Source: Mobula birostris
Taxonomy: Eukaryota
DNA: 64,000 nt
NCBI RefSeq assembly: GCF_030028105.1
Contig: NC_092379.1
Span: 18,370,742 to 18,434,741 of the forward strand
Direction: 5' to 3'
A program made the position numbers and the translations under genes. Numbering within the stretch: position 1 is the stretch's first letter; each line of letters begins with the position of its first letter. Below the pieces are notes generated by a model. That model worked only from the letters and a program-made list of their open reading frames with translations, did no database searches and had not been told where the DNA came from. Below are positions 10,615 through 22,180 of this stretch, piece after piece.

Positions 10615-10895
10615 GAACCGAGATCCATCCTCCCCCCAACCCCGGTAATCGAGATCCATCCTCTCTCCCCCACCCCCGGTAACCGAGATCCATCCTCTTC
10701 CCCCCCCCACCCCCGGTAACCGAGATCCATCTTCTTCCCCCACCCCCTGGTAACCGAGATCCATCCTCTCTCCCCCCCCCGGTAACTGAGATCCATCCTC
10801 TCCGCCCCCCCACCGGTAACCGAGATCCATCCTCTCCCCCCCCCCCCAGTAACCGAGATCCATCCTCTTCCCCCGCCCCACCCCCTGGTAACCAA
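10615..10895. repeat. ~33-bp C-rich (minus-strand G-rich) minisatellite in TTC5 intron 8
   Basis: Eight copies of GAGATCCATC (10620, 10651, 10685, 10722, 10756, 10788, 10822, 10855), each followed by a C-run and GGTAACC. Confidence 0.95.
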
Positions 10896-11235
10896 GGCCT
10901 TGGGTAACAAGACTACACCCTCCACCCCGTAACCAAGGCCACACCAGATCCAGTTACCACATACCCCTCTTCCCAGTATCCAAGGCCACACCTCCCTCAG
11001 TAACTATATCCCCATCTCTCCTGCTATTCAAGGGTCCACTCTCTCTGGTGACTGAGGACCCGAGTAACCAAGTCCACATTTGCCCTTGTAATAAAGCTCC
11101 ATTCAAAGCCCTGCCTGTCCCTGGTAACCAGGCCCCAACTCTCCTGGTAACTTGACCCGCTTGAACTGTGGTAACTGGGATCCATTCTCCAGACCTGCCC
11201 AGTGGTCCCCCACACTCCCCAGACCTTGTACTTAC

Positions 11236-11450
11236 AAGGGCACTTTGTCATCGGTTGTGAGGCTGAAGACCACCTTGCCCAGTACCACCAACCCAGGGTT
11301 GGGCCCGGGGCGGAGAGCAGAGAGGGGCCGCAGGCTAAGGGAGAGCGGCTGCCCACTCGGGCTGGAGTAGGAACGGCCCTGGTGCTGTGACAGCTCCCGG
11401 TTCACCAGTCTGGACACCATGGCATTCAGTCTCTTTGTCTTCAGCTTCCC
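11236..11450 (-). CDS. TTC5: TTC5 exon 8
   Basis: ttccag|GGG AAG gives GKLKTKRL...VVLGKVVFSLTTDDKVP, then TT|gtaagt. 215 nt. Confidence 0.95.
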
Positions 11451-11559
11451 CTGGAACCAGAGAGGAGGCAGAGTACACTCACACCACAGGCTCATCTGTC
11501 CTCATGAACAGTCCTAGGACACGGTCCCACTCAAGGGCACCCAAGAACCGACGGCTATT

Positions 11560-12335
11560 GTCATAGTCATACTTTATTGATCCCGAGAGAAATTGGTTTT
11601 CGTTACAGTTGCACCATAAATAGTTAAATAGTAATATGTAAATTATGCCAGTAAATTATGAAATAAGTCCAGGACCAGCCTATTGTCTCAGGGTGTCTGA
11701 CCCTCCAAGGGAGGAGTGGTAAAGTTTGATGGCCACAGGCAGGAATGACTTCCTATGACGCTCTGTGCTGTATCTCGGTGGAATGAGTCTCTGGCTGAAT
11801 GTACTCCTGTGCCCACCCAGTACATTATGTAGTGGATGGGAGACATTGACCAAGATGACATGCAACTTAGACAGCATCCTCTTTTCAGACACCACAGTGA
11901 GAGAGTCCAGTTCCATCCCCACAACATCACTGGCCTTACGAATGAGTTTGTTGATTCTGTTGGTATCTGCTACCCTCAGCCTGCTGCCCCAGCACACAAC
12001 AGCAAACATGATAGCACTGGCCACCACAGACTCGTAGAACATCCTCAGCATCGTCCAGCAGATGTTAAAGGACCTCAGACTCCTCAGGAAATAGAGACGG
12101 CTCTGACCCTTCTTGTAGACAGCCTCATTGTTCTTTGACCAGTCCAGTTTATTGTCAATTCGTATCCCCAGGTATTTGTAATCCTCCACCATGTCCACAC
12201 TGACCCCCTGGATGGAAACAGGGGTCACCGGTACCTTAGCTCTCCTCAGGTCTACCACCAGCTCCTTAGTCTTTTTCACATTAAGCTCCAGATAATTCTG
12301 CTCACACCATGTGACAAAGTTTGGGACCTGGGTGA
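11560..12335 (-). mobile_element. L2-clade LINE 3' portion in TTC5 intron 7 (sense to TTC5)
   Basis: ORF 11680-12414 (LELNVKKTKELVVDLRR...YKYLGI..DNKLDW...RLYFLR.LRSF) with an AATAAA-(TATGAC)n tail at ~11560-11580. Confidence 0.88.
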
Positions 12336-12430
12336 ATGCAAACCACCCCCTGCACCATTGACTGTGGCCCTCCCCACTCCCATGAGTCAGTCTCCCCCAC
12401 CCAGCTTCCCACATTCTGCCCCCTCTTCAC

Positions 12431-12577
12431 CTTTTGCTGCACCATGGTGCTGACCCGGTCCAGGAAGGAGAGCAGCTGCTGATGGCGGTGCGAAGCCTCT
12501 GAGGAGGCAGGGTCAAGGGCAGCAGCCCGAGCAAATCCTTCCAGCGCCGTTTGGTACCTCTCCTCATACCTGTGAAG
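12431..12577 (-). CDS. TTC5: TTC5 exon 7
   Basis: acccag|CTT gives LHRYEERYQTALEGFARAAALDP...LLSFLDRVSTMVQQK, then |gtgaag. 147 nt. Confidence 0.94.
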
Positions 12578-12950
12578 CTGGGTGTTTTGAGGGAACAGGG
12601 GTCAGGGATTAAAGCAGAAGCAGGAGTCTGCCCGCACCTTCCGCTGCCCTCAGACTCTCTGTCTGCTCAGGAGTCCCATTGCCCACCCCACTCATCCCAA
12701 CCTCTGCCATCCCTCCCTGCAATCCGCCTCTGTGCCCCCATCCCATCCTCTCCGGCATATCCCAAGCATTAGTGTGCCCCACCTCCAGCCTCTTGGGGTC
12801 CGCCCTCTCAGCAATCCCTCAAACACCCTCAACTCCATCACATTCACTGAGAGCCATCCTCACCCTCCCCGGGCAAGTCCCAATGATTCAGGAGCCCTTC
12901 TCAGTGAACTTTTATATCCACCCACCAGAGATGGGTGGGGGTGAACTCAC

Positions 12951-13007
12951 CGTGGACCTGTTGAAGTGGAGGTCTGGGTTGTTGTGGGAGGCTGTGTCAA
13001 CCTTCTC
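12951..13007 (-). CDS. TTC5: TTC5 exon 6
   Basis: ctccag|GAG gives EKVDTASHNNPDLHFNRST, then |gtgagt. 57 nt. Confidence 0.93.
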
Positions 13008-13596
13008 CTGGAGAGGGGGAGAGACAATGGTCAGGTCACGCTGTCTTCTCCCACCCTCCCAACAAACACCACCCTTACATCACAGGCCCTTCTCTAGAAT
13101 ATCACCCTCTTCCCCTCAACTGACCCAACACCTCACTCAATCCCATCACCAGAGCTTACTTCTCCAGCCTTCTGAAGCCAGTGCCCGATCCTGTTACCCC
13201 CGACCCAGTCACTCATCCCATCTCCAACCCCAACCCAGCCCCAACCTCTTAACCCAGTCACCTGACTTCCAACACCTTGAACTCTGACTCTGAGCATCAT
13301 TCTCCAATCATGTCACCGCGATCTCCCTCTTGTCACCCCAAACCTTCCCCTAACCCCCTGAACCCTGTCCTCAACCCCAACACCCCCATGACCTCCTACA
13401 ATCCCATCTGACTGACCTCCCGTTCCAAACCAGCCCCTGAACCCATCATCCCACCCAACCCCAAACCTCCAATCTTGCCCCAGCCCCTTCACTCCCGAAC
13501 ACCCTTTGACACCCCCCCCATTGCACCTGCAACCGCCCATCCCACAACTCAGTCACACCAATGGCCCTACCACACCCCCATCCTGGTGATACTCAC

Positions 13597-13688
13597 CGCC
13601 TGAGCGTAGGCACCCAGTGCCTGCTGACTGACCCGCTCACTCTGCCCAGTGAGGAAGAATAGTGACAGGTAGGCATTGCCCAGGATGT
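13597..13688 (-). CDS. TTC5: TTC5 exon 5
   Basis: caaacag|AC gives (Y)[30 protein letters not shown], then |gtgagt. 92 nt. Confidence 0.94.
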
Positions 13689-13966
13689 CTGTTTGGGGGG
13701 AAAGAGAGACGTTACTGCAGCTGAGCATGGTGGGTGGGTGGAGGGGGACAGGGGTTAACATCCTCACAGCTGGTCACGGGAGAAACTGGCATCCCCTTCC
13801 TCTCTACCCTCCCCCACCAACCCCTCTATGGGGCTCCTTCACTACTTTTCCTCCCACCCATGGCAATCCTTCCCTTCTCTCCTCCCTTCCACAATGCTCC
13901 CTTACTGCCCCCTTCTCCCATGGTGCTCCCAACCCCCCTCCCCCCCGGCAGCCAGGTCACACTCAC

Positions 13967-14114
13967 ACCAGGAGGTTCCGTCGGTGACATCCATCTGCAC
14001 CGCCACCTTCGCCTGCTCCACGCTGGCCAGGACATTCTTGGTGCTGTCCTCCCCCTGAGCCGGCAGCTGCCTCAGGACCATCGACAGGTTCCGCAGAGAC
14101 ACCTTGTTCTTGCA
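13967..14114 (-). CDS. TTC5: TTC5 exon 4
   Basis: ccacag|TGC gives CKNKVSLRNLSMVLRQL...AKVAVQMDVTDGTSW, then T|gtgagt. 148 nt. Confidence 0.95.
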
Positions 14115-14534
14115 CTGTGGGGTGGGGGTGGGACATGCCAGGTGGAGCCACAGTAAATATGGACCCCTCCCAAATCCCTCCCCCCCCACCTTTGCTCTAA
14201 CCCACTGTACCCATCCCTCATAAATCTCGTTCTATCACACACCCTGCCAGAACCGCCTTCAGCAGCCCTCCTCTCCCACCAAGGTCAGGATGGGATGCAG
14301 CACAGCACCAACAGGAAGCCCATTACCCCCACATATATAGTTCATGAGAAGGTTGAGCGCATCCAGGAGGCCAGTTCACTCCGCAGGGAGGTTGCAAGAC
14401 CTGTCAAGCAGTGAGATTGATTCCACGTGGCCAGGCGGGCTTCCTCTCTGGTCAGGATATCTCACCCAGTTCCCAGAACATGGGACGGACAGTACACAGA
14501 GGAGCACGGTTTCCCAACACTTGGCCCATATCAG

Positions 14535-15110
14535 ACCATAAGACATAGGAGCAGAATTAGGCCATTTGGCCTTTTAGTCTGCTCCGCAATTCGATCATGG
14601 CTGATTTATTTTCCCTTTCGAACCCCATTCTCCTGCCTTCTCCCTGTAACTTTTCACACCCTCACAGATTAAGTACTTTTCAACCTCTGCTTTAATTATT
14701 CCCAATAACTTGGCCTCCATAGCCATCTGTGGCAATGAATTACACAGATTCACCACCATCTGGCTAAAGAAATTTCTTCTCATCTCAGTTCTAAATGGAC
14801 GTATTCTAAGGCTGTGTCATCTGGTCCTAGTCTCCCACAACTGGAACCATCCTCTCCAGGTTTACTCTATTCAAGACTTCCAGTATTCAGTAAGTTTCAA
14901 TAAGATCCCCTGTCACTCCTGAACAGTGAGTACAAACCCAGAGCCACCAAACTCTCCTCACACATTAACCCCAACATTCCCAGAATCATTCTCGTGAACC
15001 TCCTCTGGACCTTGTCCAATGCTAGAACACGTTTTTTTCCCAGAGAACTGGCACAAAACTGCTCACAATATTCCAAATATTGTCTGACCAATGCCTCTAA
15101 ACTCACAATC
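14535..15110 (-). mobile_element. CR1 LINE 3' fragment
   Basis: RRNFFSQMVVNLCNSLP signature and a CR1 3' tail at ~14535. Confidence 0.8.
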
Positions 15111-15125
15111 CTTGTACTTTCCACA

Positions 15126-16440
15126 TCTATCCCTATATTACTAAAACTCTCATGCTCTGTTTGTCTGTTTGTGATCACCAATTAGTGCAAACGATGCATT
15201 ACAGCTGCACTATTTTTGGCTAAGTCGACTTAAAATGCGCTAACTTACAGGCATACAGGCAAAATTCAGGATTATATATTCGTATAAAATTGCTCAATTG
15301 CCAAAATCAACAGCCCTGCTTTCACCCGAGAGCCAATGTCAGCCATGATGGAAACCGCAATGTGACACCATGATGCATGCGCACAGCCACCCTCAGAAGT
15401 GACTCACGATGCTCACAGCATTGACACCAACTGGAGCAAAAGGGCAGGGCAGCTTGATTTCGAGCGCTCACATTCTGCTAATCACCATCAGCATGTGCAG
15501 GATTGGGACAGATCAAACTGAGACCCTTCAATAAGAGTTGATTAAATCTTATCGTAATGATGTACTTCGAGACTCCCATCAAACCCTTTGCTGAAGTCAA
15601 AGGACAGCAGTGACTATATCATGTCCATTTAGGAGAGCGCCAACTACATCATCAAGAATAATCAGCATCCTGGAGGCTTTGGTGTTACTGCTTCGTATCT
15701 TCTATCCAGCATTAGGGTAAAAAAAAATATGGTCAGCCTAATTATGCAGCGTGGAAAGAGGAGGGGGACATTGTGGTCAAGAGATAACTCCAAACATGGT
15801 TGGGAAGCAGCAAGGAGAGGGAGAGAACAAGAATCGGATGAGGCCAGGGCCGCACGACTCCAGGATCAAAGAGGACAAAAAAGATGAGAGAAGAAGAGAC
15901 AGAGGAGGAGAGGCATGCACGTCTCCAAAATCACAACTGTCATAGAGGAGGAGAGAGGAAGAGACAAAGGAGCTGAGAAATGCACGTCTCCAGGATCAGA
16001 CACAAACAATAAACAGCAGAAGAGATGGGGGATGAAAGGGCTGCACGTCTCCAGAATGACAAAAACAGGCACAGGAGGAGAGAGGAAGAGACAAGAGAGC
16101 AGAGAAATGCACGTCTCCAAGATCAAAGACAAACAACAAACAGCAGAAGAGATGAAGAGATGGCAGATGAAAGGACTGCACGTCTCCAGAATGACAACAA
16201 GAAGCAGAAGGGTGGCAGATCAATCAGAAATGATGCCATCAAAAGTGTCACTAAACGAGGAGGAGCTATATTTGCCTTGCTACGCGTCATTCTTCTTTAA
16301 TAAACTGAGGTTTTCTTCTTCAATTTCCAAAGCAAAGCAATACCAGTAGCATTCAGGAAAATTTAATGTTCATTCTGGTCACATCAGACTGCACTACCCT
16401 TCTCTCAAATGGTGCCCCAACGGGTCACCCCGTTGTCTAG
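15126..16440 (+). mobile_element. Non-autonomous Helitron in TTC5 intron 3
   Basis: A|TC 5' end (TCTATCCCTATATTACTAAAACTCTC). 3' hairpin CAACGGG-TCAC-CCCGTTG (16418-16435), then TCTAG|T. Internal repeats translate as ETREQRNARLQDQR-type units. Confidence 0.85.
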
Positions 16441-17209
16441 TAACTTCTTAAATGTAACTGAAGTAGCTGTCTCAATCACTTCCTATGGCAACTACTTCCC
16501 ACCTCTGTGTAAAAACAAACTTGTCCTTAAAGCAATGCTCACCAGTTATTGATTTCCAACTCTGGGGGAAAAAAAGACTACTCACCCTATCCAAGCCCAC
16601 CACCCCATGATTTTATACATCTCAAGGAGATCCCCAAGTTACCTACGCTCCCAGGAGGAAACCCTACCTGTCTAATCTCTCTCGAGTCCCGACAACATTC
16701 TTGTAAATCTTGTTCTGCACACTTTTCAGTTTAATCATGCCCTTCTTCTCAATACAGTTTTGTTAGAGGATGGAATTAAACTACTAGACGCTGTGTGAGC
16801 TGCCCCCCCACCCCACTCCATCCTCAGTCATCTTCCCCAGCCCAGCACATCCCCCCCAGCTCCCTCCCCTGGTCTCCTTAGGCCGACACAATAACTACTG
16901 CTTGCCATCAGGAAGGAGGTACAGGAGCTTCGAGAACCTCACCACCAGATCCAGGAACAGTTATTACTCTCAACCATCACACTTTTGAACCAGAGGGGAT
17001 AACTTCACTTGTCTTGTCACTGAACTGTTCCCACAACCTATGGATTCACTTTCAAGGACTCATCATGTTCTTGATGTTTATTGCATTGCTTGTTATTATT
17101 TTGTATTTGCAGTTTGTTAACTTTTGCACATCGGTTGTTTGTCCGTTTTGTTGGGTGCAGTCTTTCATTGATTCTAATTTGTTTTCTTTTGTATGCCCGC
17201 AAGAAAATG

Positions 17210-17850
17210 AATCTGAGCGCCTTTACTTCCTCAGAAAACTAAAGAAATTTGGCCTGTCCCCTAAAACCCTCACTAATTTTTATAGATGCACCGAAGAAAG
17301 CATTCTTCTAGGGTGCATCACAACCTGGTATGGAAGTTGTCCTGTCCAAGACTGAAAGAAGCTGCAGAAGATTGTGAACACGGCACAGCACATCACACAA
17401 ACCAATCTTCCGTCCGTGGACTCACTTTACACCGCATGCTGTTGGAGCAGTGCTCCCAGGATAATCAAGGACACAACCCACCCAGCCAATGCACTTTTCG
17501 TCCCTCTTCCCCCCAGAGAAGGCTCAGGAGTTTGAAGACTTGTACGGCCAGATTTGGGAAGAGCTTCTTTCCGACTGTGATAAGACTGCTGAACGGATCC
17601 TGACCCTGAATTGGGCCGTACCCTCCAAATATCCAGACCTGCTTCTCATTTTTTTTGCACTACCTTACTATCTATTTTTCTATTTTCTTTTATGATTTAT
17701 AATTTAAAATTTTAATATTTACTAATTTAAACTACTTTTAATATCTTTAATATTTGTAATTCAGGGAGCGGGAAGTGCAGAATCAAATATCGCTGTGATG
17801 ATTGTACGTTTTAGTACCAATTGTTTGGCGACAATAAAGTATAAAGTATA
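17210..17850 (+). mobile_element. L2-clade LINE 3' fragment
   Basis: RLYFLRKLKKFGLSPKTLTNFYRCTEESILLGCITTWYG...SFFPTVIRLLN, with an AATAAAGTAT tail. Confidence 0.85.
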
Positions 17851-17985
17851 TTGTGACACATGTACTTCAATAATAATTTTACTTTGAACTCCTAACCCTC
17901 TCGATCTCCCGACCACCCCCTCCACCCCTTCCCCTCACTCCATTTTCCCTCTGCCACCCCCGATCTTCACCCCTCACCCTCTAAC

Positions 17986-18197
17986 CTGGTTGAGGGCCCC
18001 AGAGAAGCAGGTATGGGCGGCAGACAGGTCCCCCTTCTTCCAGTACACCTCTCCCAGCTGGTTCCAGGCCTCGATCAGCCCCGGCTCTAGTTTGACAGCC
18101 CGTGAGAGCAGCTGCTCAGCCCGTGGGCTGTACTCAGGCATTATATTGAGCGCCCGGCCCTCCAGCACCAACAGGTGAGCCTTCCGCTGGGGGCATC
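17986..18197 (-). CDS. TTC5: TTC5 exon 3 (TPR)
   Basis: cccacag|GA gives (G)[17 protein letters not shown]...[24 protein letters not shown]...FSGALNQ, then |gttaga. 212 nt. Confidence 0.96.
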
Positions 18198-18807
18198 CTG
18201 TGGGAGGGATGAGAGCGTCAGTGATGGGGAGAAATGGGTATGCAGCATTGACAGTGGGGCACCGGTGATTGGGGGGGAGGGGCCAGTGACTGAGACAGGT
18301 GGGGAGGGGGGGGCGAGAGCCATTTGCTCATAGTATCAGCAATAGTCAACAACCAAGTGGAGCAGGGGCAAAATCGGTGGGGAGAGAGGATTAAGGATGA
18401 GGAGGGGGATGCATAATAACGGGAGGGTTAAGGATTGGTTCCTGCATAAGGATTAGATGGGGGGGGGGGTTCCTGGGCAACATCCCCTCTCATTTTTTTT
18501 CACAGCTGCGCAGACCAACCATTGCTCTGATCAGGAAACTTTTACATGGTCAAAAAAAATTGTGTGGCAACGAAGGCTATACGTGGGAACATTTCAGTTA
18601 CTGGGCGGCTGTGCATTTGTGCAGCTTAGAACAGTAACCCTAGGAGAGGAGAGGGATACGGTGTTGGTGCCTGGGAGGAGGGGATGAGGGCTTGAGGGTT
18701 TTCTCAAAGGGTGTGACAGGAGAGGACAGGGTAAAAGAGGGTATTAGGAGGGTGCACCTGGGGAGGGTTTGATGGAGGTTGGAGGAAGTTTCTTGGACTC
18801 TCCCTAC

Positions 18808-18940
18808 CCTCTAATTCCTGTAGGGCCTCCAGAGTTGCCTGCATGCGCTCCTCCAGATCTCGCTGCCTATTTCCAGCCTCCTCCATGCCATGAGTCTCGA
18901 AGTAGAGGTCCCGGAATGTGTAAAGCTCATCCACCAGCTC
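18808..18940 (-). CDS. TTC5: TTC5 exon 2
   Basis: acacag|GAG gives ELVDELYTFRDLYFETHGMEEAG...LQELE, then G|gtaggg. 133 nt. Confidence 0.95.
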
Positions 18941-19633
18941 CTGTGTGTGTATGGGGGGGTGGGGGAAGAAAGCTGGAGTTACACCTCACACCCTGAACCC
19001 ACTCTACAAGTGGACACCCCAGCAATACCTCTATATCCCCCCCCTCCTCTTCCCAGGAGGGTCCTCATCCGACCCCACCCTTTCTCCCTGTCACTATATA
19101 ACCCCACCCCCATCCCCTCATCCCTCCCGGGACATCCAAACCCTCCGCCCCTACTCCACCCTCCCCTTCCAGCAGATTCTTCCATCTCCGTCTCCTTGGA
19201 CCCCCCTCAACCCCCCCTCCCTATCATGGGAATACCCGGACAGTCCCCACCCCGGGGATCCTAGATCTCTTCTGTCGGCTGACGCCCCATCCAGCCTGAC
19301 CACATTCCCCATCCCCATCAGGAAACGGAGTAGGACTCCACTCCACAACAACCGTAACAGGCAGATATCTCTCCCCACTTCCCGGTCACACACTCCACCT
19401 CGGGGAGATTGTGTCTCTCTACCCAGGGAGACTTCGACACCCCGAGGAACCCCCCGCCCCCCGAACAACCTTCGCGCAGATATCCCACTTTCTCTTCTGA
19501 CTCCCTAATAACCCTTGTCCCCGGATTCCACTAGCCCCTTCCTGCTTCTCCGACAATGGGTCCCCCAGATACTCCCCCTGTATCCAGACTCCCCGTTGCC
19601 AGGGCTACATTCCCACCCCCCACCCCAGGATAC

Positions 19634-19693
19634 CCGGACTCTCCGCTCCCCGTCGCCCTCCGGTTCTTTCTCCTCCGCTCCACTCTCCGCCAT
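19634..19693 (-). CDS. TTC5: TTC5 exon 1 (coding part)
   Basis: AAGATGGCGG start in a CpG island gives MAESGAEEKEPEGDGERRVR, then a weak phase-0 donor |gtatcc. Total CDS 1329 nt = 442 aa plus stop. The N-terminus is poorly conserved, so this boundary is less certain. Confidence 0.75.
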
Positions 19694-20110
19694 CTTCAAC
19701 ACGGTCCTCCGCTTTAAACAACGGTCCTCCCGGGACAATAGCGGTCGGTCCTCCGAGGTGAACGAAGGTCCTCCCGCCGCAACGGCGGTTGGTCCTCCGG
19801 GGTGAAATAAACGTCCTGCGCTGTAAACAATGGTCCTTCCAAGAAAAGAGCGGCAGTTCCCCCCTTAAACCACCATAGAGACAAAAGCAGCCAATAGTCT
19901 TGATGTGGCGTCTAAGCCCGAAACGACAACTTCGCTCCCCTCCTTGCCAACAGTTTGATTGTTGCTCCGCAGACAAGTCCTCCTGCTGGTCCTCCACGGG
20001 CAAGAGCGGCCGCGACGCCAGCGAGGGCAGGGATTGGAGGGGAGCGCGCATGCGCCGCGTCTGCGGGTCGAGGGTGAAGATTCTTAGCGGGAGCTCCGCA
20101 GGTTAGAATC
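19687..20110 (-). promoter_or_regulatory. TTC5 CpG-island promoter/5' UTR with YY1, NRF1 and CCAAT motifs
   Basis: YY1 motif CCGCCATCTT over the start codon (19687-19696). Perfect NRF1 core GCGCATGCGC (20046-20055). ATTGG (CCAAT) at ~20033. Confidence 0.75.
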
Positions 20111-20119
20111 GGGTTTAAC

Positions 20120-20880
20120 ATCACCGGCATTTGTCGGGCAGTTTAACATTGCGGCAGCAGTCCAATGCAATATACGATGATATAGAAAAATGTAAATTAA
20201 TTACAGTAAGTATATATATGTATATTAAATAGCTATATTAAAAATAGTGCAAAAACAGAAATAAAAATGTGAGGTAATTTTATGGGTTCAATGCCTGAAT
20301 CGTTGAGTGTGTGCCTTCAGGCTTCTGTACCTCCTTCAATGAGAAGAGGGCATGTCCTGGGTGATGTGAGTCCCTTGAAAATGTCTTGGATACGTCAGAG
20401 GCTAGTACCCAAGATGGAGCTGACCAATTTTACAACTTTCTGCAGCTTCTTTCGATCCTGTGTGGTAGCCCCCTCCACCCCCATACCAGACAGTGATGCA
20501 GCCAGTCAGAATGCTTTCCACCGTACATCTGTATAAGTTTTTGAGTGCTTTAGGTGACAAACCTAATCTCAAACTCTTAATGAAGTATAGCCACTGTCAT
20601 GCTTCCTTTATAGCTGCATCAATATGTTGGGACCAGGTTAGATCCTCAGAGATGTTGACACCCAGGAACTTGAAATTGCTGACTCACTCCACTTCTGATC
20701 CCTCTATGAGTATTGGTTCATGTTCCCTCAACCTAACTTTCCTGAAGTCTACAATCAGCTCTTAGGTTTTACTGACATTGAGCGCAACATTACTAAGCTA
20801 GCTGGTATATCTCGCTCCTGTACCCCCTCTCGTCACCATCAGACATTCTGTCAACAATGGTTGCATAACAGGCAAATTTA
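20120..20880 (-). mobile_element. L2-clade LINE fragment
   Basis: Same family as 2829-3585, degraded. Confidence 0.7.
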
Positions 20881-20894
20881 TAGATGGCTGTGAA

Positions 20895-21410
20895 GGGGAA
20901 TAAACAGTTAATGTTTCAGGCCAAAACTCTTCATCAGGACTGGAAAGAATGTGGGGGCAGATGCCAGATTATGAACGGGCCCCCCACTTTAAACAACCCA
21001 GGGGTTTGGAGGAACACAAGCTGGCAGGTGAGAGGAGAGGGAAGGAAATAAGGCTGGAGGTGATAGGTGGAAGAGATAAAGGGCTGAAGGAGGAATCTAA
21101 CAGGAAAGGACAGTGAATCATGGGAGGAAGGGAAGGAAGAAAGGATCTAGAGGAGTTGGTGGACAGGTACGGAGAAGAGAAGGGGTGAGAGGATAACCAG
21201 AATAGGAAATGGAAAAAGAGGTAAGGAAGGAGGGTAGAAATGATGGGAAGTGGAGAAATCGAAGTTCAAGTCTTCAGGTTGGAGGAGGCCCAGATGGAAT
21301 GAGGTGCTGCTCCACCACACTGAGTTATGCCTCATCATAGTAATAGCAAAACCCTTGGGCAAACGTAAGACTGGGAATGGGAAGTAGGATTAAAATGGGT
21401 AGCCACTGTG
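20895..21410 (-). mobile_element. Penelope-like element fragment
   Basis: Homologous to 4330-4905. The minus strand carries CAGTC-CTGATGA-A-...-GAAA at ~20907-20945. Confidence 0.65.
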
Positions 21411-21996
21411 AGATTCACTACACGGCCAGAGGAACACCTCCATATATTGATTGAATCTTTTACTATTTGGGGGTGTTCCCTCTGACCCACCCCTTTCCCC
21501 ACCATGGTTGCAGGTTGTCACTGCAAGGTACCAAACTTTTCATCAATTGACTTCAATCCAGACACAAGCAACTGCAGATGCTGGAATCGAGAGCAACACA
21601 CAATCTGGTCGACGTTGCAATTACAGCAGCCAGTTTGACTGAAGCCGCAACACCTCATTTCAGCGGTGTTCCTCTGCCCCCCAGTGGTCGCAGGTTGTCA
21701 CTGCAAGGTACCAAATGCTTTCCGTCAAGTCAACTTCAATCCAGACACAAGAGACTGCAGATGCTGGAATCCAGACAAACACACAATCTGCTGGAGAAAC
21801 ACAGTTATTTCAGCAGCATTGATGGCTGGAAAGAAACTGTTGAATCCCTGCATCTGGTCAGTTCAAATTAGCATCAGGGTTACCACAGACAGAATGCAAC
21901 AATCACCAAAGCAAAATAAAACCTGCTCAGTTTACATTGCAGAGAAAAAATACCCTTCAAAGCACTGGACAGACAATATCCATGGTCATGGAGACT

Positions 21997-22180
21997 GGCC
22001 AGTGGTGTAATGGCATCTGCACCGGACTTGGAGGTGAGTGGTTCCATTTTCGAATCCAGCCGGCTCCTTGTAAGCTTTCCATCCGTGCTGGGTTGAGTGT
22101 CGAGCTAGCAAATTGGCTTCGTAAAAAAAAAAGACAAAAATGCTAAAGAAAGGCAAGGTTGCCGCCTGATGTGCCACAAG
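21997..22180 (+). mobile_element. tRNA-derived SINE
   Basis: A-box TGGTGTAATGG, B-box-like TTCGAATCC (~22049) and an A-rich run. No intact cloverleaf or acceptor stem seen, so not called a tRNA. Confidence 0.65.
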
